NCBI GenBank assembly: GCA_038257535.1
Contig: JBBSJE010000005.1
Span: 1,383 to 65,382 of the forward strand
Direction of reading: 5' to 3'
Length of the DNA stretch: 64,000 bases
Source of the DNA: Polyangia bacterium
GTDB taxonomy: Bacteria; Myxococcota_A; Polyangia; Fen-1088
The notes below the pieces were generated by a model. It had not been told where the DNA came from and ran no database searches. It was given only the letters and a program-made list of their open reading frames with translations. This document shows positions 13,055 to 22,083 of the stretch, piece by piece. Position 1 is the stretch's first letter, and each line of letters starts with the position of its first letter. Both the position numbers and the translations under genes were made by a program.

Positions 13055-14494
13055 GTGCGCAAGATGTCGACGCGCCTCAAAGAAGCCGGAATTTTGCTTG
13101 CAGGCCTGTTGCTTGCCGTCAACGCGGCTGCAGCCGAACATCCGTTAAGGGTGTCCAAAGACGGCCGACGCCTGGTGCAAGCAAACGGCAAGCCGTTTTT
13201 GTATTTGGCCGACACTGCCTGGGAGCTGTTCCATCGGCTGAATCGGGAGCAGGCGGAGCTATACCTTAGGAACCGCGCTGACAAAGAGTTTACCGTCATT
13301 CAGGCGGTTTTGTTAGCAGAACTCGAAGGGATTCGGGAGCCAAACGCCTATGGTGATGTGCCGCTGATCGATGGCGATCCTGGAAAACCCAACCCGAAGT
13401 ATTTTGAGCATGTTGATTGGGTTGTCGCGAAAGCGGAAAGCCTTGGTTTAACGATTGGCATGTTGCCAACGTGGGGCGACAAATGGCATGGCCGTCACAA
13501 CCAGCCGGGGCCCAGTGTTTTCAAAGACGATCGGTCCGCGTACGAGTACGGGCGTTATGTGGGCAATCGCTACAAGAGCCGCGACGTGATTTTCATCTTG
13601 GGTGGCGATCGCAATGTGGACTCGAAACAGGACCTGTCGTTTACGCGCGCCTTTGCCAAAGGCCTCAAGGAGGCGGCGCCGAAGATCTTGATTTCCTATC
13701 ATCCCCGGGGCCCCGGGCGTTCGTCGGACGCGCTTCACAAAGAGGCTTGGCTCGACTTCAACATGGTGCAGTCGTCGCACACCGGTCGCGATTACGATAG
13801 CGCCATTCACATCGAACACGATCGGAAGCTCAAGCCCACCAAGCCCACCTTGGACGCCGAACCACGCTACGAGGACATCGTGGTGGATTTTTATTACGCC
13901 AGCGCCAACAGCGCCGTGCGCTTCGATGACACAGACGTTCGTTTGGCGGCCTATGCCTCGCTGCTTGCGGGTGCGGCAGGGCACACCTATGGCAACGGGA
14001 ACATTTGGCAGATGTGGTCCCCACCGCACAAACCCGTGTTGGGGGCTCATGCGCCCTGGTTTGAGGCCATTGATCATCCAGGGGCCTTTCAGATGCGTCA
14101 CGTGCGTCGGCTGTTCGATTCGCGCGCTTGGGAAAAGCTGCAGCCGCAAGACGGGTTGCAAGACGGATTGATCGTTAGCCCCAATCCAGGAGCTTCCGGC
14201 TTGCGCGCGCGCGCCGCATTGGCCAGCGACAACAGCTTTGCGTTTGTTTACCTGCCCCGAGGGGAACCTGTGGCCGTTGACTTGGGCCGCTTGGGGCCCG
14301 GCCGGCTGACCGCTTGGTGGTTCAACCCCAGGTATGGCCACGCTCACGAGATCTATCGTGGTGATGCAGCGGCGTTTCAAGCCTTTACGCCACCCTCATC
14401 GGGGCGCGGACAAGATTGGGTTTTGGTGCTTGACCAGGGGGACGCAAAAAAGCCGGCTCCAGGATCTAGCGGCGCGCCCCCGCAGGGAAAATAG
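13055..14494 (+). CDS. Secreted glycoside hydrolase family 140 / DUF4038-like protein
   Basis: 479 aa. Signal peptide 'AGILLAGLLLAVNAAAAE'. 'NGKPFLYLADTAWELFHRLNREQAELYLRNRADKEFTVIQAVLLAELEG' and 'GMLPTWGDKW' match what I recall of DUF4038/GH140. Confidence 0.65.
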   Translation: MRKMSTRLKEAGILLAGLLLAVNAAAAEHPLRVSKDGRRLVQANGKPFLYLADTAWELFHRLNREQAELYLRNRADKEFTVIQAVLLAELEGIREPNAYGDVPLIDGDPGKPNPKYFEHVDWVVAKAESLGLTIGMLPTWGDKWHGRHNQPGPSVFKDDRSAYEYGRYVGNRYKSRDVIFILGGDRNVDSKQDLSFTRAFAKGLKEAAPKILISYHPRGPGRSSDALHKEAWLDFNMVQSSHTGRDYDSAIHIEHDRKLKPTKPTLDAEPRYEDIVVDFYYASANSAVRFDDTDVRLAAYASLLAGAAGHTYGNGNIWQMWSPPHKPVLGAHAPWFEAIDHPGAFQMRHVRRLFDSRAWEKLQPQDGLQDGLIVSPNPGASGLRARAALASDNSFAFVYLPRGEPVAVDLGRLGPGRLTAWWFNPRYGHAHEIYRGDAAAFQAFTPPSSGRGQDWVLVLDQGDAKKPAPGSSGAPPQGK

Positions 14495-14538
14495 GCGTAA
14501 GGGTTGCTTGCGCGGCCAACGTTAGGAATGCTGCGCCT

Positions 14539-14661
14539 GTGTCACTGTTATCGAAATTCGTAGCTTTGAGCTTGCTGGCCCTGTCGGGGTTTGCTTTAGG
14601 GTGTGATGACACGGGAGACGAAACACAGAAGGCCGACGCATCTGCCCGCAACCGCGGTTGA
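14539..14661 (+). CDS. Candidate 40-aa mini-lipoprotein, or the 5' part of a frame-broken lipoprotein gene; below the ORF-track cutoff
   Basis: GTG start with 'AGGAA' about 10 nt upstream. 'VSLLSKFVALSLLALSGFALGC|DDTGDE...' is a lipoprotein-type signal peptide with a Cys. A second coding-like frame continues from 14661 to 14834. Confidence 0.3.
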   Translation: MSLLSKFVALSLLALSGFALGCDDTGDETQKADASARNRG

Positions 14662-14955
14662 TTATCACAGCGGACCCGGCATTGAGCACGAAGGTGGCCG
14701 CCGCCGCGTGGGGCGCCACGTTCACCGCCAATTGTTTGGATGCGCCTGCTTTGCGAACGCTTGAGGGCTTCGCGCGCGACCGCTACAACCGTGCCCCGCA
14801 AGACGTGTGCTCCAGCGGTAGGGTGGCGCCGTAATCGCGCCTGCGCGGCAGCAGGTCTGCGTTTGGATATAGCCAATCTGCCTCCTCGGGGGCGGCGCCT
14901 GGTTTCGCTCCAAAGGTGCCAATCGAGTATTCTAGGCCTTAAACGCGGGCGTTTT

Positions 14956-15022
14956 TCGCCAAAAACTCGCCAAAGACTCGCCAAAAACTCGCCAAAGACT
15001 CGCCAAAAACTCGCCAAAGACT
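14956..15022. repeat. Six tandem 11-bp units (three 22-bp units), alternating TCGCCAAAAAC / TCGCCAAAGAC
   Basis: Read directly at 14956-15021. It is intergenic, about 90 bp upstream of the 15111 start. Confidence 0.95.
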
Positions 15023-15110
15023 AAAAAGTCGTGGTGGCTGCGGAATTTTTCCCACCCGTCGGCAGACAACAGGCGTACACTGTCCCGAATTACTTGCGAT
15101 CTGTCTGTAG

Positions 15111-16613
15111 GTGTCTGCGATGACGCCACAAGACCGAAGGGGAGTGGCCATGTATCCGCAGTTGAAGCAGTCGGGGTACGATCGGGATGTTGCGCCTGAG
15201 TGGGATCAGGTGCCGCAGTGGCAACAAGCTCAGGCGCACGGCCAGGCTCAGTCGCATCAGTACAGCGGCTACCGCGATGGGTGGTCTGTTGAACCGGGTT
15301 ACCATGACAGCTTTCCGGCCGCCTACGCCGACCCCCGGCAAAGCATGCCCCAGCAGCCCGAGGTGATGTGGCCCCCTCCCTCCCAACATGGTGCGTACGG
15401 TCACCAGCATTACGAGCCGCTCGTGAATGCGGCGCCCGCCAAAGGGCGTCCTTGGCGACGAGCGCTGTTGGCATTGGCGTTCACCTTCGCGGGTGGGGTT
15501 TACGCGCGCCCACTTTTGGAGCACCACGCGCGAGAGTTGCCAGGGGACGCGCGCGTGGTGGGGTACCATGTGCTGGGCATGTTGCCGGCTTGGTTGCCAA
15601 CGACGCTAACGCCGTCGGTGGCGCCGGCCGCCACCAAGACGCAGGCCTTTGCGGGCATCGTTACAACCCCATTGCCCAGCCCGCGTGCGGCTGTAGCGCC
15701 CAAGCCCGCAGCGGCACCGGTTGCGGCCGCGCCCGCTGCGATTGCCCCGGCGCCACCTGCGATTGAGGTTGCGGAGGCGGCCCCGGCGCCCGAGGTGGAA
15801 CCAGAAGTGGCTCCGGTGCTGCAACGGCAGGCGACTGTGGAACGTCGGCGCCATGGCGGTCGCGACAAGAAACATTCTCATCGCAAAGTGGCTGTGGCAC
15901 TGCCCGTTGCAGCCAAGACGCCGCCGGCGCCCAGTGCAAGACCTGAGGCAAAACCTGAGGCCGCGGCCCCTCCCGCCGTGGTTGCTACCGCGGCCCCCAG
16001 GGTGGCCGCCGCACGAAAAGCGCCAGCTGATTCGTTGGACAGCCTGATGGCGCGGGCGATGGTAGAGGCGGACCCGTCGGAGGCTAAGCCGGCGGCAACC
16101 GCAGCGCTTTCCGACGAGAAGCGGTCGACGCTCAGCCGCAATCAAATTGTTGACGTGATGAAGGCGCTCACCGCGGACGTCAACGCTTGCGGCACCGATC
16201 TGGTTCGCCCCACGAATGCCGATCTCACGTTAACCGTGGGCGCGGGAGGCGACGTTTCCGGGGTTAAGGTGACGGGGCCCTTGTTTGCCACCATGACGGC
16301 GGGGTGCATAGTTCGTGCGGTGAAGACCGCCAGCTTTCCAGTCTCCAAGGGCATGTCGTTTTCGTACCGATACACATTGCGTCCTACGGCCCGTGCGGCC
16401 TCCACCGCGATGGCGGCCCCGATAAAACCTGAGCGCATCACAGGCTCGGCACCCACAGCGGGGGCGCAGACGGCACCTAGCGCAGCGTCGCTGGACAAGT
16501 CGGTGCTGCCGAAATTGCCGTCAAAGGTGAAGCTAAGCGACGATCCCTTGTCTGGCCTCAACGGGCGCACCTTTGAGGGCCAAGCAGAGCGCCGAGGCCG
16601 TTCGCGCAAATAA
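15111..16613 (+). CDS. Pro/Ala-rich membrane-anchored protein with an AgmX/PglI (TonB-C-like) C-terminal domain
   Basis: 500 aa. The N-terminus is Q/Y/P-rich and the TM segment is 'ALLALAFTFAGGVYA'. A long P/A-rich spacer follows. The C-terminal region is 'SRNQIVDVMKALTADVNACG...VSGVKVTG...TAGCIVRAVKTASFPVSKG'. The start is uncertain (15111 or the ATG at 15141). Confidence 0.6.
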   Translation: MSAMTPQDRRGVAMYPQLKQSGYDRDVAPEWDQVPQWQQAQAHGQAQSHQYSGYRDGWSVEPGYHDSFPAAYADPRQSMPQQPEVMWPPPSQHGAYGHQHYEPLVNAAPAKGRPWRRALLALAFTFAGGVYARPLLEHHARELPGDARVVGYHVLGMLPAWLPTTLTPSVAPAATKTQAFAGIVTTPLPSPRAAVAPKPAAAPVAAAPAAIAPAPPAIEVAEAAPAPEVEPEVAPVLQRQATVERRRHGGRDKKHSHRKVAVALPVAAKTPPAPSARPEAKPEAAAPPAVVATAAPRVAAARKAPADSLDSLMARAMVEADPSEAKPAATAALSDEKRSTLSRNQIVDVMKALTADVNACGTDLVRPTNADLTLTVGAGGDVSGVKVTGPLFATMTAGCIVRAVKTASFPVSKGMSFSYRYTLRPTARAASTAMAAPIKPERITGSAPTAGAQTAPSAASLDKSVLPKLPSKVKLSDDPLSGLNGRTFEGQAERRGRSRK

Positions 16614-16668
16614 CAAAAGCCGCGTAACGCGCATGGACGAGCCCGGCGTTGGGCTGCACAATGAATGA

Positions 16669-18009
16669 ATGCGTCGAACCGCGGCCTTCGCCTGGGCTCT
16701 TTTCCTGTGGGGGTGGCAATCGGCGCTCCCCGCGCACGCCTGGACATTTCGAGAGCACGAGGAAGTTGGATCGCTGGCGTTCGTTCAGGCGTGCAAAGAA
16801 TTGCGCGCGCGTTTTGTTGAAGATGAAGATGCTGGGCGCGTCGAACGCCTACGTGTGGCCTGCGACAACGTTGATGTGAACGCTTTGCTGTATGGCAAAG
16901 CCAATGGCACCGCAGGCGACCGCATTTCGGATCCCGAGGAATTCATGTCGTCGATGGGCGGCTTTCGGGCGACAAGCCGGTTTCATTATCTGCGGCTGAA
17001 GCTTGTGAACAGCACGCACTTTCATCCGCAAACGGCGCGACAGTGGCAAAAGTTTCATCGCAACGCCATTGCCAAAGCCATCGCAGCGTCAAAAGTCCAA
17101 GGCGTGGACCAAGTGGCGGCGCTTGAAGCAGCGGTTTACGAAAACGCTTTTGCCGATCACTTTCTGCAAGACGCATTTTGTTCGGGGCATATGGGCTTTA
17201 ACCGTTCGGCCAGCAGCGTTGCGGCGTCATTGGTGTTTCATGACACGTGGAATGAGCGGGGGCGGGTGGTGCGGAATCGCAATGGCAATTCGTGGAAAAC
17301 CTATGGTGATTCACGTCTGCGCATTTCGGAAAACAGCGAAGCGCGTAGACGCATCATTGAAGCCACACGAAAGTCTGTGTTCGGCGTGCTGCTTGCTTTT
17401 GTTGGCGGGGAACGCGATCCCGACAACGAGGTTCAGATTTGGCGTTCGCTGCCGTTCACGATTGAAGCGCCTGAAGTGCGGTCCCCGTTGGAACAGCTGT
17501 TGGCAGACCTGGCAGATCGGCCTACGTCTACGGGCCTTGAGCCGTTGGCGGCCATCAACCAGCCCGCACGCAAAGGCCTGTCGCTGGAAGCTTGGTCATT
17601 TGCGGCGGGGTCTCGCGTTGATGATCGCCCCGCCATGGGTGTGTTGGCGGGCGTTTCCAATCCAGTGCCATTTTTGGCACCGATGGTTTACGGCGCGGTG
17701 GGCGCCTCGCGCGCGGGCGACAGCGATCTGACCCGGCTGACGCTTGAAGTGGGTGGTTTTCGGCCCGTGGCTTTAACCCTCGACGGCATCATGTCGCATG
17801 ACGTGTTGGTGGGCGTCAATTGGCAAGTGGGTTTGCAAAAGCTGCGCGGCTCTGTTCACGCCACCTACCGCGCCACCTTCGAGTTGGGACGCACGTTGGT
17901 GCGCTTGCAGATTGGTCCCGCCTATCACATCGACACGGGACGCATAGGCGCTTATTTGGGTGTGGGCTTCGGCTATGCCGTTAACGCCCGCGGGGGCGGA
18001 AGCATCTAG
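16669..18009 (+). CDS. Secreted protein: zinc-dependent phospholipase C / S1-P1 nuclease-like N-domain plus a beta-strand-rich C-domain
   Basis: Signal peptide 'AFAWALFLWGWQSALPAHA|W'. The mature N-terminus 'WTFREH' matches the W1...H6 of P1 nuclease. 'HFLQDAFCSGH' matches the H-x3-D-x5-H zinc motif. The C-terminal ~150 aa alternate hydrophobic and polar residues ('SVHATYRATFEL', 'IGAYLGVGFGYAV'). Confidence 0.55.
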   Translation: MRRTAAFAWALFLWGWQSALPAHAWTFREHEEVGSLAFVQACKELRARFVEDEDAGRVERLRVACDNVDVNALLYGKANGTAGDRISDPEEFMSSMGGFRATSRFHYLRLKLVNSTHFHPQTARQWQKFHRNAIAKAIAASKVQGVDQVAALEAAVYENAFADHFLQDAFCSGHMGFNRSASSVAASLVFHDTWNERGRVVRNRNGNSWKTYGDSRLRISENSEARRRIIEATRKSVFGVLLAFVGGERDPDNEVQIWRSLPFTIEAPEVRSPLEQLLADLADRPTSTGLEPLAAINQPARKGLSLEAWSFAAGSRVDDRPAMGVLAGVSNPVPFLAPMVYGAVGASRAGDSDLTRLTLEVGGFRPVALTLDGIMSHDVLVGVNWQVGLQKLRGSVHATYRATFELGRTLVRLQIGPAYHIDTGRIGAYLGVGFGYAVNARGGGSI

Positions 18010-18020
18010 ATCTGCAGCGT

Positions 18021-18860
18021 CTAGGGCCACACCCAGGCCACCACCCCAGCACCGATCAAGCCCGCCGCCGCGGCGCCCCACGTGGCACGGGCGCGCGCGA
18101 GTTCCGGCTGCCCCGACGCGGCCCAGAAGCCGCTGCCTATCGCGAGGGCGGTGGCAACGGCCATTGAACTGGCCCAAACCACGCGCTCGACCGTGGGGTT
18201 GCTGCGTCGTCCTAACCAGCCGGCGGCCATCACGCCCGCTTCCATGGACAAAGCGGCCCCCAGCAACCCGCGCCGCTGGGCGGTGTTCGCGCTGCCCAAA
18301 CTCGCGGCCAGCAGACCCGTGGCGGTGGCGGTCCACAAAGCCGCAGCGCTGGTGAAGGCGGCCCGGCCGGGGGTGGTTCCGCCCCGCGCAGACAAGGCGC
18401 CGATGCCAGCGCCGACCGTTGCACCCGCCCAAAGCAAGCTGCTGGCCGTGCGATCGGACCAGGGAGAAGATCCGGCGCGGTTGTAGAGCATCCATGTTGT
18501 GCCAATGGCCAAGCCCACCGCGGCTCCCGAGGTGACGTTGGCAATCGTTCCCGAGGCAAACGGATGTTTTTGGTCGTAAGCCGCAAGCGCCCATGCCCCC
18601 ACGGCCCCCAGCGCGAGCGCGGGCACCAAACGATGCTCGAAGCGGGCCTCGGTGAGCAGTGACGCCACCCACAGCGTGGTGGCGGCGGTGTAAGCGCCCG
18701 TGGCCACGACGCCAAGCGCGGCCTCGGGCGTGGAGCGCTTTATGAAGCTGGGTTTATCGTCTGCGTTTGCGTTTGCGTTTGACGGCTTGATTGCGATCGA
18801 GGCGGCGATGGCGATCGCGAGCGCGACACAACAAAACCATGGCGTCTTGCTGTCCCTCAT
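18021..18860 (-). CDS. Hypothetical polytopic membrane protein (Ala/Gly-rich)
   Basis: 279 aa with several hydrophobic stretches. It lies co-directionally downstream of ctaA. Confidence 0.5.
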   Translation of the reverse strand: MRDSKTPWFCCVALAIAIAASIAIKPSNANANADDKPSFIKRSTPEAALGVVATGAYTAATTLWVASLLTEARFEHRLVPALALGAVGAWALAAYDQKHPFASGTIANVTSGAAVGLAIGTTWMLYNRAGSSPWSDRTASSLLWAGATVGAGIGALSARGGTTPGRAAFTSAAALWTATATGLLAASLGSANTAQRRGLLGAALSMEAGVMAAGWLGRRSNPTVERVVWASSMAVATALAIGSGFWAASGQPELARARATWGAAAAGLIGAGVVAWVWP

Positions 18861-18878
18861 CGTTGATCCGGACGGCCG

Positions 18879-19874
18879 CTAAGCCGCCGCTGCGTGGGCA
18901 TCGGCCCCCGGCTGCGGTGCGCCTGCGATCTGCATTGCTTCATGCGAAAACTGCGCGCGCAACACCACCAGAGAAATCCACAACACATCTGCCATCAACA
19001 AGTGCACCACCTGCATCGCAATGGGCGCAAGCAGAAGCAGGTTGATCAATCCCACCATGACTTGCGCAACCACAAGGGCGGCGACCAATGTGGCGCTGCC
19101 TCGCATCGCCTCGAAGCCTTGTTTCGCCAACATCCGGCCGATAAGCACCAGCAAGTAACCGGCTACGGCCACCGCCAAGAAGGGGTGCCACAGACGCAGC
19201 CGCACAAACGCATGCGCGGTGGCGGAAACATCGGCTTGGAGCCCGGACCTGAGACTGGTGGCCGGGAACAAGGTGTCGCCCAAAGCTGCGATCGCACCTG
19301 AGAGAGCCACAATCGCCACAGCGAACAAAGCGGCGGTGAGGCCCGGGGCGAAGAGATTTCGGGGCAGGGTGATTCGCTTTCGCGGTTTGGCCAGCCACCA
19401 GGTGAGCGTGAGCGTGGCAACCAACGCAAATGTGTTCAACAGATGGCCGGTCATCCACCATGCGCGGGCGATGGATTTGTTGCCCGCGACCATCTCGAAC
19501 AAAACCAAGCCACCGCCCACCAACGCCTCGGTGATCATGAAGAACAGCGAAGCCCCTGCGGCCTTGCGTGCGGCTTGCGTCTTGGCGAACACGCGCCGCG
19601 CCCATACGTATTGCGCAAGCACCAACAAGAACGCCACGCCCGACGTGATCCGATGCGTGAATTCCACGATGGTTTTCATGGTGGGGGCCCGCGGGATCAC
19701 TTCGCCATTGCAGGTGGGCCAATGGTTGCCGCAGCCTGCGCCTGAGCCCGACGCGCGTACGTACGCGCCCCACAGGATCACCACCAGCGTGGCGCCAATC
19801 ACCACCAAGCTAAATGAGCGAAACCGGGATGCGGACACAGCCGCGGTCATAGCGCCACCCGTGCGCCAACGCAA
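18879..19874 (-). CDS. ctaA: Heme A synthase (COX15/CtaA family)
   Basis: 331 aa, multi-TM. 'GSGAGCGNHWPTCNGEVIP' is the CtaA/COX15 N-terminal signature, and conserved His residues lie in TM helices. An alternative start is at 19850. Confidence 0.8.
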   Translation of the reverse strand: MRWRTGGAMTAAVSASRFRSFSLVVIGATLVVILWGAYVRASGSGAGCGNHWPTCNGEVIPRAPTMKTIVEFTHRITSGVAFLLVLAQYVWARRVFAKTQAARKAAGASLFFMITEALVGGGLVLFEMVAGNKSIARAWWMTGHLLNTFALVATLTLTWWLAKPRKRITLPRNLFAPGLTAALFAVAIVALSGAIAALGDTLFPATSLRSGLQADVSATAHAFVRLRLWHPFLAVAVAGYLLVLIGRMLAKQGFEAMRGSATLVAALVVAQVMVGLINLLLLAPIAMQVVHLLMADVLWISLVVLRAQFSHEAMQIAGAPQPGADAHAAAA

Positions 19875-19880
19875 AGGGCA

Positions 19881-21794
19881 TCAAGGCAGGGCCGCAATGC
19901 GATCGCCACGCACCTCGTAAATCAAGGCGGTGTCCTGACGTCCATGATCGCCCCCAAAACGAATGTTTCCTGTGACGCCGCGAAATTCCGCGCCGCTGCC
20001 CAGCAGGCGCAGCACATCGTTGCGGGTGCGGGCCCCGCGGTCAACGCAGGCCCGCAAGAGGTGAACACCGTCGAAGCCGTAGGCGTCACTGGCGCCTGGA
20101 TCGCGGCCATACAGCGTGCGGAATTCGGCCACGAAGCGCGCCGACGTCGCTTGTTCCGGGTCGGCGTGAAAGCCTGGCGCCAGCAGCGCCCCTTGCACGT
20201 AACGACCCGCGCGCTCAATCAGACGTTGCGACGTGCCCGGTGCCGTAGCCAACAGCAAGATGTTGCGCCGGGGCGGCCCGGAGGACTTGGGCTTCGTCTC
20301 TCCCACGGGGGTGATTGCTTGCGTGGCCGGTTGCGGCCACAGATCGGCCACCGCCAGCGCGGGCGCGATCAGTTCCAGTTTTTCCGCCGTGTCGGGCACA
20401 AACAAAGCTTCCCAGCGCTGCTTTTTGATAGCCTCCACCTCTTTGGTGAAGCCCGTGGCGGTGGGCGCATAGGTGGCTTGCACCACCACTTGGCCGCCGT
20501 CGGCCACCACAGCTTGCCGAAACGCTTCGGCGGTGCGACGGGCGGCGTCGGTGCTGGGCGCCAGGATGGCAAAGTTGCGGGCTCCCTTGGCACGGGCCAG
20601 CCGCGCCAACGCTTGCGCGCGTGATTCGGTGTCGTGCACCAGCTGAAACGCTGACGTTTGTGGCCCTGGGTTGGGTCCGCCCAAAACCAGGTAGGGCACA
20701 CCGTCGCGGCTCATTTGCTCGATCGTGGGCGCATCGGCCAAGCCCACGATCCCCAACACGGCCTCTTCGCGGGACAGTTCGCTGGCGGCGGTTATGGCGC
20801 CCCCACGTCCCATGGCATCGCGCACCATCACCTGCACCGGACCCACGTCCTGCGCCGATCCCGGAGCGCCCAGGGCAACCATGGCGCCGCGGGTGAGCGC
20901 CACACCCAACTGTTGCCCAGCGCCTGTGAGCGGAACAGCCAATCCCAGGCGGCCCGGATCGCCGGTGCCCACCCAAGCCGTGGTTGCGTTTGCGCCTGCA
21001 TCGAACTGTTTGCGCAACTCCATCGCCTCGTCACTGGCGCGGCGGGCTTGGTCCGCTTGCCCTTGAGCGGCCAAAGCCAGTCCCGCCTTGGGGCCTAAAA
21101 CTGCACGGGCCAGCTTTTCGCGGGCGGAGTTCCACAGGGCAAGGGCGTCTTCCAGCGACAGGTGCCCGATGGCTGCGTCTGCGCGTCGCAGAGCGAAGGC
21201 CTTTTCATGCGGCTGCGCGCGATCGGTGTAGCGCTGCCAAGCTTGCAACGCTTCCTTCACGCGGCCTGTGTTGCTGGCGCTTTCGGCCACAGCCACATCA
21301 AACAACATGGCAAGGCGATCGGGCTGCGCGCCCAACACGCCCGGCGGCGCGCCGGCTTTAATGAACGGCGCAAGCCGCGCCCAAGCGTCCACACTTTTGC
21401 CCAGGCGCGCTTCGGCCACGGCGGCCAAAAAGTTCACCTCGGCAGACGCGGTGGGGCCGGGCGTCAGCTGGGCAAGCGCGTCCGCAAAGTCACCCTGCTG
21501 CACAAGAATCAAAGCGGATAAAGTGGCGGCGCGGGTGCGCACGGAATCCGAGTTCGCCGCGCGCAGCCCTTTGGCAATTGCCAACGCGGCTTTGGGGTCG
21601 CCCGCCAAATTTTTTGCCACGGCCTGCTGCAGATCAGCTTCGGCGCCCTGGGTTGCGCCCGAAAGGCTGCCGTCGCGGCCGGCGTCGATGGCCGCGTCGC
21701 TTGGCGGCGCGCCCGAATTTCCACCTTGCGCGCGGGCGCCTGTGGCACAGGCGGCCAAAATCGAAAACAGCGCCAACAGCGCAGGTACCCGCAT
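19881..21794 (-). CDS. Lipoprotein with an N-terminal TPR-like region and a C-terminal LivK/Peripla_BP_6-type binding domain (LpoA-like architecture)
   Basis: The start was moved to 'MRVPALLALFSILAAC' (lipobox). The C-terminal half, 'GIVGLADAPT...FAILAPSTDAARRTAEAFRQAVVADGG...YAPTATGF', resembles branched-chain amino-acid binding proteins. Confidence 0.6.
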   Translation of the reverse strand: MRVPALLALFSILAACATGARAQGGNSGAPPSDAAIDAGRDGSLSGATQGAEADLQQAVAKNLAGDPKAALAIAKGLRAANSDSVRTRAATLSALILVQQGDFADALAQLTPGPTASAEVNFLAAVAEARLGKSVDAWARLAPFIKAGAPPGVLGAQPDRLAMLFDVAVAESASNTGRVKEALQAWQRYTDRAQPHEKAFALRRADAAIGHLSLEDALALWNSAREKLARAVLGPKAGLALAAQGQADQARRASDEAMELRKQFDAGANATTAWVGTGDPGRLGLAVPLTGAGQQLGVALTRGAMVALGAPGSAQDVGPVQVMVRDAMGRGGAITAASELSREEAVLGIVGLADAPTIEQMSRDGVPYLVLGGPNPGPQTSAFQLVHDTESRAQALARLARAKGARNFAILAPSTDAARRTAEAFRQAVVADGGQVVVQATYAPTATGFTKEVEAIKKQRWEALFVPDTAEKLELIAPALAVADLWPQPATQAITPVGETKPKSSGPPRRNILLLATAPGTSQRLIERAGRYVQGALLAPGFHADPEQATSARFVAEFRTLYGRDPGASDAYGFDGVHLLRACVDRGARTRNDVLRLLGSGAEFRGVTGNIRFGGDHGRQDTALIYEVRGDRIAALP

Positions 21795-21837
21795 GGCTTT
21801 GGGTTTTACCAGGCCCCCGGCGCCAACGCAGCATTCC

Positions 21838-21867
21838 AAATAACAAACGGCCGGCTTTGCCCCGGCC
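21838..21867 (-). terminator. Rho-independent terminator after the small ORF
   Basis: The minus strand reads 'GGCCGGggcaaagCCGGCC' followed by 'GTTTGTTATTT'. Confidence 0.5.
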
Positions 21868-21876
21868 AGCGGGCGC

Positions 21877-22083
21877 CTAGACGGCGGTGCGGCTGGTTGT
21901 GGCCCAGGGCGATGGCATGCCCATCAAAGCCTGTTCCATCGCAAGAATCTGACGCAACTTGTAAAGATCTTCTGCGTTTAATCCCGGGTGTCCCAAAAAG
22001 CCCTCTTCCGCAATCCCTTTGCCTGCCGGTGCCAGGGCGTCTTGCCACTCTGGTGTTCTTGGCTTGATGTGTCTCAAAGTCAT
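21877..22083 (-). CDS. Small hypothetical protein (68 aa)
   Basis: A strong SD 'AAAGGAGGatggggaATG' precedes the ATG. A hairpin plus T-tract terminator lies 10 nt past the stop. Confidence 0.5.
   Translation of the reverse strand: MTLRHIKPRTPEWQDALAPAGKGIAEEGFLGHPGLNAEDLYKLRQILAMEQALMGMPSPWATTSRTAV

Noticed and set aside
14956-15022. CRISPR array
   Set aside because: The repeats are only 11 bp long and directly abutting with no spacers, and no cas genes are present in the window.
14466-15569. Minus-strand ORFs of 159-183 aa (for example 14466-15017 and 14932-15474)
   Set aside because: Their only striking feature ('FGEFLASLWRVFGESLASFWRVFGE') is the translation of the 11-bp tandem repeat. 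The rest is Arg/Pro/Gly shadow sequence.
15500-16145. Ala/Gly/Arg-rich ORFs on both strands over 15.5-16.1 kb
   Set aside because: These are shadows of the Pro/Ala-rich linker of the AgmX/PglI-domain protein.
18760-18790. GCGTTT x3 hexamer repeat
   Set aside because: It simply encodes 'NANANA' in the tether of the membrane protein. It is too short to be meaningful on its own.
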